Assembly (NCBI GenBank): GCA_964562645.1
Contig: CAZLUF010000001.1
Location: 12,125 to 37,884, forward strand
Direction: 5' to 3'
Source: an uncultured Candidatus Peribacteria bacterium
GTDB taxonomy: Bacteria > Patescibacteriota > Gracilibacteria > Peribacterales > Peribacteraceae
Length of the DNA: 25,760 nt
Positions 16,465-23,914 of the stretch are shown here, in pieces (positions within the stretch are counted from its first letter, which is position 1; each line of letters opens with the position of its first letter). A model generated the notes under the pieces. That model ran no database searches and was not told the origin of the DNA. It was given only the letters and a program-made list of their open reading frames with translations. The translations under genes and the position numbers were made by a program.

Positions 16465-17925
16465 ATGCAACGCCCTATTGCCACCTCCACCCTTTGGCAA
16501 CTTGTGAGCCAAATTGTCATGGCAGCACTTTCGATTGCGACAGCCAAAATTGTGGCTGTTACCCTCAGCCAGGAATTCTTTGGTTTGTACAATACGGCCT
16601 ACGGATACTTACAGGTGTTTGGCATTTTGTCGGGTTTTGGCTTGTACGCAGTAGCCGTGCGCGAGGTCAGTAAGGCTACTCCTGGCCGCGAACAATCGGA
16701 AATGCTCGGGAGCTTATTTATTCTGCGAGCCATTATTTTAGCCCTATCACTTGGTTCAGCCATTCTCATTGCCTGGGTTATCCCCCACTGGCACGGCACC
16801 TCGCTCCCTCTTGGTATTACCATTGCCGCATTTGTACCAGCTTTTACGCTCTTGGCCGGGGTCCTGCGCACCACCTTCCAGGTGCACTACCGCATGCAAT
16901 GGGTATTTGTGGGCGAAGTGTCACAGCGCATTCTCACCCTCTTCTGCATTGGCCTCATTGCGTATCATGCCATTCCTAACTCCAGCAATAGCGCCACCTA
17001 TCTCTCCATGTTGGCCGTAGGCGGGGCCGGGGCTGCTCTGCTCTTCATTGTTTCATTTTTTGCCAGTCAAAAACTCATTCCGCTGCGACTACATTGGAAC
17101 AAGGCACAGTGCCTCACTCTCTTTAAACAAATTACCCCCTATGGTTTGGCTTTCTTGTGCATGGCCCTGTATCGCCAGTTAGACGTTACCTTCATTGGCG
17201 TCTTACGTGTTGATCACGCTATTCAGAATTCGTACTACGGAGCTGTGCAGCGCATGATGGACATGGCCTACTTGCTGCCTACATTTCTTCTGAATTCCGC
17301 TTTGCCCATTATTACTAAGCGCCAACAGGCCAAGGAGCCAACTCAGTCGCTGGTGGGAAGCCTGGCTCTCTCAAGTTTTGTCATTGGTGGCATTTCCCTC
17401 TGTTTTTCTACGGTGTGGGCGCGCCCACTCGTGAGACTGCTCACTAGCGAACAGTACCTCGCTACTCCTTTTGCACCGGGATCGGATACCGCACTGCACC
17501 TACTGGCCCTGCCCATGCTCTGCAATGCCTGCATTGTCCTGAGCTTCTACATGCTGTTGGCTACACATAAATGGATGGCCTTAGTGCGCACCCTCACCGT
17601 TGGAGTGGTGGTCTCGCTTGTTGCTAACTTGCTACTCATTCCTTCTTTTGGATTTGTGGGCGCAGGCATGACCTCGGTAATTGTGCATGTGTTGCTGGCG
17701 AGCCTGCTGTTGCCACAGGCCTACTGGGCTCTGCCCTGGAGCATTCGCCCTGAGCAGTGGCACGCAGTCGGTAAGTTTTTTGCCGCGCTAATGGTATTCC
17801 TGTGTGTCGTACGCTTTTTCCTCTGGAGCGACACCATTACCGCCATTGCCCTACTGGCAGCGGGTGGGTGGATGGTTCTCACCGGCTACTGGTTTAAGCT
17901 CCACCGCCTGCTCCGTAGTAGTTAA
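16465..17925 (+). CDS. Polysaccharide/oligosaccharide flippase (Wzx-like, MOP superfamily)
   Basis: About 12-14 hydrophobic helices; N-terminal 'FGLY..AY.YL..FGILSGFGL....VREVS' pattern, LY...D..F, G.YGAV.R, and 'NLLLIP.FG.VGAG' C-terminal pattern. Confidence 0.85.
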   Translation: MQRPIATSTLWQLVSQIVMAALSIATAKIVAVTLSQEFFGLYNTAYGYLQVFGILSGFGLYAVAVREVSKATPGREQSEMLGSLFILRAIILALSLGSAILIAWVIPHWHGTSLPLGITIAAFVPAFTLLAGVLRTTFQVHYRMQWVFVGEVSQRILTLFCIGLIAYHAIPNSSNSATYLSMLAVGGAGAALLFIVSFFASQKLIPLRLHWNKAQCLTLFKQITPYGLAFLCMALYRQLDVTFIGVLRVDHAIQNSYYGAVQRMMDMAYLLPTFLLNSALPIITKRQQAKEPTQSLVGSLALSSFVIGGISLCFSTVWARPLVRLLTSEQYLATPFAPGSDTALHLLALPMLCNACIVLSFYMLLATHKWMALVRTLTVGVVVSLVANLLLIPSFGFVGAGMTSVIVHVLLASLLLPQAYWALPWSIRPEQWHAVGKFFAALMVFLCVVRFFLWSDTITAIALLAAGGWMVLTGYWFKLHRLLRSS

Positions 17926-17949
17926 GAACTTGGCACCAAGCGTAAATTT

Positions 17950-17958
17950 TGCTATACT
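17950..17958 (+). promoter_or_regulatory. Extended -10 promoter (TGCTATACT)
   Basis: TGn-TAnnnT 14 nt upstream of ATG 17973. Confidence 0.55.
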
Positions 17959-17972
17959 GATGAGAAACACAC

Positions 17973-19112
17973 ATGAAGTTTTGGTATTCCTTACTGGCTA
18001 TTCCCCTAGTGCTTGGCAGCATTGCCTCCACGCATGCCGCCGAAAGTAGTGTCCAAAATGTGTCTGGTCGTATCGAGAATAACCAGTTGATTGTATCGTG
18101 GGATCCCCCGGCCGAAGCCGAGAATGTTGTGTCGTACCGCGTGTATTACGCCAGCCAATCGCTTGTGGAGTCAGACGGAGCCTACGATGATTTTGAGATC
18201 ATCGATGCCAAGACTCACGAATACGTATTTACCACCATACCCAATGGTGAACACTTGTTTGTGAGTGTGATCCCCGTAGATGACAAAGGCGAAGAGCTCG
18301 ATTCATTTGCTAGCGAAGTAGATATTCCACTCACAGGCGGCAATGCCGATCCGGCCACCGCCAGCGCTGGCCCTGGTGAAGTGGTGCAAATTAAAGCCAC
18401 TGCCGATAAGGTTATTGCGCAGTTAAGTGCCAATGTAGTAGTGGCCGCCGAAGATGCCGCCAAAGCTTTCGAAATTACCACGGTGGGTGGCACCGCCGTA
18501 CAGCTCCGCCGTCTCACACTCCTTGGCGATGTGGTGACAATCGATACCATGCCTTTGGTAGAGGGCTCAGAGTACGTGCTGCACGTTCAAGAAGTCGTAC
18601 GCACTGAACAGGGCGAGAGTTTTGGCCCGATCCAAAAATCATTTACCATCGCTACACCAGCTGCTCCCACCAATACCGTAACGGCAGCGGTGGTACAAGG
18701 TACCGAAAGCGAAGTACGCAACCTGCAGCTTGATTTCGAAAGTGAGGCCGACGGCCGCTACTTGGTGACCGCCTCGTGGGGCAAGCCCAGCCCCGATGTG
18801 CAGGGCTACATGATTGCCCAAACGTATGACGATGGCCGACACTTTACTCGCGAAATTGAAATTCCCGCCGAAACCATGATTGCCCGCTTCCCACGTGTAT
18901 GGGGTGGCTCTGTAGGTTTGCGCATCCGCACCATTGCTGCCGATGGCACAATTTCTAAGGGTGTAGGCAAGGCCATTATTCTGCCCAGTTCCACGAAGCG
19001 AGGGAACGCTCTAAACAACAGTGGCGCCGGGGCAACAATGGCTCTGTGCACTGCTGCAGGCGGTATCGCCGGGGCTTGGTACTGGCGACGTCGCCAACTT
19101 TCTGTAGCGTAA
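17973..19112 (+). CDS. Secreted surface protein with fibronectin type III/Ig-like domains and a C-terminal membrane anchor
   Basis: Signal peptide MKFWYSLLAIPLVLGSIASTHA-A; FN3 patterns 'LIVSWDPP....VVSYRVYY' and 'VTASWGKP..DVQGYMI'; C-terminal LNNSG + hydrophobic helix + WRRRQ. Confidence 0.8.
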   Translation: MKFWYSLLAIPLVLGSIASTHAAESSVQNVSGRIENNQLIVSWDPPAEAENVVSYRVYYASQSLVESDGAYDDFEIIDAKTHEYVFTTIPNGEHLFVSVIPVDDKGEELDSFASEVDIPLTGGNADPATASAGPGEVVQIKATADKVIAQLSANVVVAAEDAAKAFEITTVGGTAVQLRRLTLLGDVVTIDTMPLVEGSEYVLHVQEVVRTEQGESFGPIQKSFTIATPAAPTNTVTAAVVQGTESEVRNLQLDFESEADGRYLVTASWGKPSPDVQGYMIAQTYDDGRHFTREIEIPAETMIARFPRVWGGSVGLRIRTIAADGTISKGVGKAIILPSSTKRGNALNNSGAGATMALCTAAGGIAGAWYWRRRQLSVA

Positions 19113-19151
19113 GCTCTCCTCTGGTACAGAGAGCCATGGAATGCTGCTGGT

Positions 19152-19976
19152 ATGCGGCGCTTTTTTTGGTGGTACATATGCCTTGGTGAAGTACTGATAA
19201 GCCTGGGTGCACTGTGGCTGCTTATGCAGACCAATCACACCACCTGTACCGTCTTTAATGTCGGCCAGGGCGATAGTATCTTCATTCGCACTACAACCGA
19301 TGTACGGGTACTGGTAGATGCAGGGCCAGATGCCACGGTACTGGAGGCGCTCGGTCGCACACTCCCCTGGTTCGATCGGCGTATAGATATGATCGTACTC
19401 ACGCACCCAGACCGCGATCATCTCTTTGGTTTTCCTGATGTGTTGCGCCGCTACCACGTACGATATGCGCTCGTAACGGGTATCGAGAAGGCAGATCCGC
19501 GCTACCGCGAGTTTATGGATTTGTTAAAAAAACAACATGTGCACATATTGATTGCAGACCCCAAGACCGATATCCGCCTAGACGCCGAAACAGTGCTAGA
19601 TATCGAATGGCCGCCGCCAGTGTGGCTGGGCAAAGTACCAAAAGACCCCAACACTACTTCCATTATTTTGCGCATCCTGACGCCGCAGAAAAGTATGCTG
19701 CTCACTGGAGATAGTGATACGGCTGCAGAATTTGCCTTGCTACGCACGGGCACGCCACTACGAAGCGATGTCTTGAAAGTAGGGCACCATGGCAGTCGAA
19801 CATCTACTTCCACTGGGCTGCTACTGGCCACACGACCAAGTGTAGGAATCATCTCGGCACCCATTAAAAGCCCATTTGGACACCCGCACGCAGATGTTCA
19901 GGCCCGGCTCCACCACTACGGCGTGCAGACTAAGCAAACTGGCTATGAGGGAGATGTGCGCATTACTCTCTGGTAG
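19152..19976 (+). CDS. ComEC/Rec2-family metallo-beta-lactamase-fold protein (stand-alone MBL domain)
   Basis: FNVGQGDSIFI, LVDAG, LTHPDRDH, LLTGD, LKVGHHGSRTS, FGHPH; only one N-terminal hydrophobic helix, no multi-TM competence domain. Confidence 0.88.
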   Translation: MRRFFWWYICLGEVLISLGALWLLMQTNHTTCTVFNVGQGDSIFIRTTTDVRVLVDAGPDATVLEALGRTLPWFDRRIDMIVLTHPDRDHLFGFPDVLRRYHVRYALVTGIEKADPRYREFMDLLKKQHVHILIADPKTDIRLDAETVLDIEWPPPVWLGKVPKDPNTTSIILRILTPQKSMLLTGDSDTAAEFALLRTGTPLRSDVLKVGHHGSRTSTSTGLLLATRPSVGIISAPIKSPFGHPHADVQARLHHYGVQTKQTGYEGDVRITLW

Positions 19977-19994
19977 AACCGTTGCATCGCGTTC

Positions 19995-20003
19995 TGCTAT
20001 AAT
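19995..20003 (+). promoter_or_regulatory. Extended -10 promoter (TGCTATAAT)
   Basis: Perfect TGn-TATAAT ending 8 nt before ATG 20012. Confidence 0.65.
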
Positions 20004-20011
20004 CGCGCGCT

Positions 20012-20935
20012 ATGCAAAGGCTCAGTTCATGGCCGGAAATTGTGCAGCGCACGCAACCTAATGCTGTGAGCAGCTATATCAGTGGCCTCTATGGCAGTGC
20101 CCAAACTAAAGCCTTGGTCTACAAGGGCAGTTCAGATCCTCTCAGCATTTTAAGTAAAATACCCGTACGAGATAAGGACGTCTCTACGGTCATTGGTGGG
20201 TGTGAATTTCCGCTCGCGCTACTCCATGGTCAACCAGCCTCACTGCAGCTATTTGATATTTGCCCCATCAGCGCCCTACATGCTGAGCTACGTCTTCAGG
20301 CCCTGCGCACACTCTCTCATGACGAATGGCTGGAGGCATTTTCTGCACCCAAAAATGTCCTCTTTACCAAGACCACGGCTATCCGAGAACGTATTTGGCC
20401 TCTGCTGGTAACCGCCACCCGTGCGGGTCTCGATGATTTTCTGATGCGCGACATACCCCCAGGAATTCTCAACGAACGGTCGGGGAAGTACATTGCTCCA
20501 ACTGGCATAATTCAGGACTCGGCTGAGTACAGTGAATTACAGGACATTGCACGTCAGACACCCATTACCATTAAAACTAGAGATGTACGCGCCATGGCCC
20601 CGGTCAATCGAGAATACGATTCGCCTACAAATCTGCTGTATATGAGTAATATTGGCATTATCAATCAGCGCATCCGTGCTTATGCCCGGCTAATGACCGA
20701 AAGATTTGCACGGGTATTTTGCACGCTACATACAGAGGGGCCCTCTGGCGAGTGGCAAAGTAACAAGGTGTGGCAACCCGAAGTAAATGCTCAACCACTA
20801 ACACCGGGCATGATTCTCGCTCCTGAGACATCCGAAATGGCGAATCGAGAAGAGCGCATAGAAGGCTGGGATGCCCAAGTGTCGTACCCCATTTTGATGT
20901 CGTGCCAAAAACACGCTCAGGTGGAGACGGCCTAG
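20012..20935 (+). CDS. Hypothetical protein, possibly DUF3419/BtaA-like SAM-binding fold
   Basis: 'VSTVIGGCEFPLALL...P..LQLFDICP....HAELRLQALRTL...EW..F' and 'LLYMSNI' resemble the DUF3419 N-terminal and C-terminal patterns. The CDS is likely real; the family call is tentative. Confidence 0.6.
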   Translation: MQRLSSWPEIVQRTQPNAVSSYISGLYGSAQTKALVYKGSSDPLSILSKIPVRDKDVSTVIGGCEFPLALLHGQPASLQLFDICPISALHAELRLQALRTLSHDEWLEAFSAPKNVLFTKTTAIRERIWPLLVTATRAGLDDFLMRDIPPGILNERSGKYIAPTGIIQDSAEYSELQDIARQTPITIKTRDVRAMAPVNREYDSPTNLLYMSNIGIINQRIRAYARLMTERFARVFCTLHTEGPSGEWQSNKVWQPEVNAQPLTPGMILAPETSEMANREERIEGWDAQVSYPILMSCQKHAQVETA

Positions 20936-20971
20936 CAAAAATCGCAGCTGTCCCTTTTGGCTCCATTCCGC

Positions 20972-20977
20972 TACAAT
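20972..20977 (+). promoter_or_regulatory. Putative -10 (TACAAT) for the glmU-like gene, leaderless
   Basis: Ends 6 nt before the in-frame GTG at 20984. Confidence 0.5.
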
Positions 20978-20983
20978 CACCCT

Positions 20984-22276
20984 GTGCACGCCATTATCAT
21001 CATCGGCGGAAAGTCACGCCGGTTTTGGCCACTAACCGAAAAGGCTCTGTTTCCCATTGCCGGTAAATCGCTCTTAGAGCACCAAATCGATCGCCTGCGC
21101 GGGGCTGGCATCACTGCCATCACCATTGTCGCCAATGGCCAGAATGTCGCACAGGTACAAGCCAAAGCTCAGGGCTGCCGGGTGGTAGAGCAACCTGCCA
21201 ATACCATTGGTATGCACTGGGCGTGCAAAGCTGCTCTGCAAGAACTACCAAACTCACCTGTAATAATTGTCTCGGGGAATGATGTTATTGAGGCGAGCGC
21301 CTATGCAGAGCTACAAAAAACTGCCCAGGGCAAAGCCGGTGCTCTTTTGGCATACGAAGTCTCCACCTACTTCCCGGGTGGCTATCTACAAGTAAAAGAT
21401 GATCGTATTACGGGCATTATCGAAAAGCCAAAACCTGGTACTGAGCCCAGTAACTTGGTGAATATTGTTGCCCATATCCATAACGAACCACAGGCTCTCT
21501 TGGCTGCTCTAGAAGCCCAAACCGATGGTGACGACGCCTATGAGCGAGCCCTTACTTCACTCTTTGCTACACATCACTATCAAGCCCATCACTATGCCGG
21601 GAAGTGGCAGGCACTCAAGTACCCCTGGCATGTACTAAACGTGTCGGAGTTTTTACTAGATGAACTCCCAGGGCCGCAGATTGACCCCACAGCCAGTATC
21701 CATCCTACGGCTACTATTAGCGGCAATGTCCGTATTGGCCCCGGCACTCGCGTGTTACCTCACGCCAGTATTGTTGGCCCCTGTGTTATTGGCAGTAACT
21801 GCATTATTGGCAATAACTCTTTGGTGCGTGGATCGAGCATTGGCGATGACTGCGTGATTGGCTTTGGCTCCGAAATAAAGAGCAGCGTGCTCGCTTCGCA
21901 TGTGTGGACACATATGACCTATTTGGGCGATAGCGTCATTGGTCATAATGTATCGTTTGGCGGCGGCTCCATTACCGGCAATTTCCGCTTAGACGAAGCC
22001 GAGATTTCCATTGCTATAGATGAAACAACAGTGGTTCCAACCGGCCGCACTAAACTTGGCCTAATGGTGGGCGAACACTGCCGATTTGGTATTCGGGTCT
22101 CTTGCAACCCTGGTGTGCGGATTGGCGCCCATACTTTTGTGAGCGGCAACCTCATGCTCCAGGCAGATGTTCCCGATGAATCATTTGTCACCATGAAAAA
22201 CGGCGAGATCCTCGCCCGTCCTAATCGCACTAAAGCCCCCGCTCCCGAGAGCCGCAATACCTATCGCCCAAAGTAG
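20984..22276 (+). CDS. Bifunctional sugar-1-phosphate nucleotidyltransferase/acetyltransferase, archaeal-type GlmU-like
   Basis: N-terminal AIIIIGGKSRRFWPLTEKALFPIAGK, IIEKP, W..LKYPW, hexapeptide repeats, HMTYLGDSVIGHNVSFGGG, GRTKLG. Start moved from TTG 20957 to GTG 20984 because the domain begins there. Confidence 0.85.
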   Translation: MHAIIIIGGKSRRFWPLTEKALFPIAGKSLLEHQIDRLRGAGITAITIVANGQNVAQVQAKAQGCRVVEQPANTIGMHWACKAALQELPNSPVIIVSGNDVIEASAYAELQKTAQGKAGALLAYEVSTYFPGGYLQVKDDRITGIIEKPKPGTEPSNLVNIVAHIHNEPQALLAALEAQTDGDDAYERALTSLFATHHYQAHHYAGKWQALKYPWHVLNVSEFLLDELPGPQIDPTASIHPTATISGNVRIGPGTRVLPHASIVGPCVIGSNCIIGNNSLVRGSSIGDDCVIGFGSEIKSSVLASHVWTHMTYLGDSVIGHNVSFGGGSITGNFRLDEAEISIAIDETTVVPTGRTKLGLMVGEHCRFGIRVSCNPGVRIGAHTFVSGNLMLQADVPDESFVTMKNGEILARPNRTKAPAPESRNTYRPK

Positions 22277-22298
22277 ATAACGTAAGACTATCTGCTTT
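22273..22298 (+). terminator. Possible terminator after the glmU-like gene
   Basis: GTAGATA-9 nt-TATCTGC stem followed by TTT; short U-tract. Confidence 0.3.
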
Positions 22299-22628
22299 CC
22301 ACTGGTATCTACCTTTAGACTCAACGCTGTGGATAACCCCTTATGGTTCTTTAGTAGAGTTGTGATCCTTTCTCCACAAAAATAAGATTTTTTGGCTTAC
22401 CAATAAGCTAATTGAGCTTTTGGCTCTAGGAGTGGAAAGCTTAACTATTTTCCACGAGTTTTCCACATCATCTACACGCAATACTTGTGATCAAACTGGC
22501 ATTGGACGTGGTTTGGTTTGTTTGGTAGTTTTTTCCACAGTGATTAGAGATGAAAAAGAAATACTATGAAAAGGAGTATTATGATGATGAATTCTTAGAT
22601 ATACTTTCTTTCCTCTTTCCTTATATAA
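22290..22628. other. Probable chromosomal replication origin (oriC): DnaA-box cluster plus AT-rich element
   Basis: TTWTNCACA matches at 22328-22336 (TTATCCACA, minus strand), 22459-22467 and 22531-22539 (TTTTCCACA). One-mismatch boxes at 22370-22378 and 22448-22456; two-mismatch boxes at 22295-22303, 22431-22439 and 22486-22494. AT-rich 22540-22628, immediately upstream of dnaN. Confidence 0.8.
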
Positions 22629-23741
22629 ATGAAATTCGTCTGTGGAACACTCCTCCTACGCGAAGCCCTACAACTCACAAGTAAAGCTGTGAGCTCTCAA
22701 CAAGCTTTGCCAATTTTACATAACGTGCATATTAAAGCCGCCGAGGGAATGTGTACGGTAACCGCCACTGATTTAGAAGTGAGTATTATTACTAGTTTTC
22801 CTGCCACAATCGAAGTGGAGGGGGTGGTAACAGTGCCAATGAAGGCAATTATAAACTTTGCTCAATATTGTAGTGATGAAGAAGTAATGATTGAGGTAAA
22901 TGAAGGGTCACAGTTACATTGTCGAACTAAGCGCACAAAAACAGTATTAGCTGGCGAAAGAGCTCAGGAATACCCAAGTATTCCTGCAATCGATTCACAA
23001 CAAACGTTTCAATTAGAAACCAAGCCATTTTTACAGGCTCTACAATTAATTAACTTTGCTTCAGCTAAATCTGGTTTACGTCCGGTGTTATCCGGTGTGT
23101 CGTTACGGACAAGTAATGGTGTACTCACTTTAGCTGCCACAGATAGTTACCGATTATCTGAATACAAGGTACCAGTGCCAGATTTACAGGAAGAAGTGGC
23201 TTGTATTATCCCCACTCGTGTTCTCGAAGAACTTAAAGCCATTTTTAGTGGAGGTAAAGAAGGTGAGCGAATTCAAATTGCCCTCAGTCGCCAACAAATT
23301 CAATTTTCTTTTGAAAAAACTCAAATTCTCTCCCGGTTAATTGATGGTAAATTCCCAAACTATGAGGCAATTATCCCCAAACAATCCGCCACCACTTGTC
23401 GCTTAGATACAGGGCCATTACTCACTACTGTAAAGCGCATGCACTACTTCACTCGTGAAGTAAATAATACTCTCACCCTCACTTTCACTTCGGCTGGTTT
23501 GCAGTTAGCCACGCCACAAACTCAGGGGGGTAAAGATGAATCAGAACTCCCTTGTGAGGTTTCGGGTACTGATAACACCATTGCTTTAAGTTCAGCATAC
23601 TTACTAGATTTTCTATCACACAGTAATAGTTCTTCTATCGAAGTACGCGTGAGCGATAGTGCCCATCCAGCAATTTTTGCGATCCCCGGCGAGGTTGGAT
23701 ATTTGCATTTAATCATGCCATTACGACTGCCAACTACCTAA
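22629..23741 (+). CDS. dnaN: DNA polymerase III subunit beta (sliding clamp)
   Basis: 370 aa; LPILHNV, ATDLEVSI, RPVLSGV, AATDSYRL, SRLIDGKFPNYEAII, LIMPLRL. Confidence 0.97.
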   Translation: MKFVCGTLLLREALQLTSKAVSSQQALPILHNVHIKAAEGMCTVTATDLEVSIITSFPATIEVEGVVTVPMKAIINFAQYCSDEEVMIEVNEGSQLHCRTKRTKTVLAGERAQEYPSIPAIDSQQTFQLETKPFLQALQLINFASAKSGLRPVLSGVSLRTSNGVLTLAATDSYRLSEYKVPVPDLQEEVACIIPTRVLEELKAIFSGGKEGERIQIALSRQQIQFSFEKTQILSRLIDGKFPNYEAIIPKQSATTCRLDTGPLLTTVKRMHYFTREVNNTLTLTFTSAGLQLATPQTQGGKDESELPCEVSGTDNTIALSSAYLLDFLSHSNSSSIEVRVSDSAHPAIFAIPGEVGYLHLIMPLRLPTT

Positions 23742-23754
23742 AGTAGGCCATTTT

Positions 23755-23763
23755 TGGTATACT
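23755..23763 (+). promoter_or_regulatory. Extended -10 promoter (TGGTATACT) in the dnaN-mfd spacer
   Basis: TGn-TAnnnT match 14 nt after the dnaN stop, with no plausible CDS start at the predicted TSS (~23769). Confidence 0.55.
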
Positions 23764-23767
23764 GGTG

Positions 23768-23878
23768 GCAGTTCACTCGATCTTTGTTGGGAGCTTGATC
23801 ATCGCTCATTACCCGCGTAATCTGGAGTTAGACACAAGTAGGTGCGGGGTTTAATACGAATTGAGAGGTGTGTTTTTT
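23768..23878 (+). ncRNA. Candidate structured small RNA or mfd 5' leader
   Basis: Starts at the predicted TSS. The 5' and 3' ends can pair (CTCGAT 23776-81 with ATTGAG 23860-65; GCA with TGT) and it ends in T6. Internal helices GAGC/GCTC and CCCGCGT/GTGCGGG. Not assigned to an Rfam family. Confidence 0.25.
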
Positions 23879-23914
23879 ACGGCCAATATTTGTCTTGTTC
23901 AGTAGTTCTTGTAC

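Noticed and set aside
19114-19135. Hairpin GCTCTC-10 nt-GAGAGC after the FN3 gene
   Set aside because: No U-tract follows and the next gene starts 40 nt after the FN3 stop; insufficient to call a terminator.
22571-22598. AAGGAG followed by minigene ATG ATG ATG AAT TCT TAG
   Set aside because: A single SD-like hexamer inside a purine-rich origin tract, in a window where real genes lack SD; likely chance.
23835-23855. TAGGTGCGGGGTT resembles the 3' strand of c-di-GMP-I riboswitches
   Set aside because: The GGCAAA, GNRA-tetraloop and GACGCAAAG core elements are absent.
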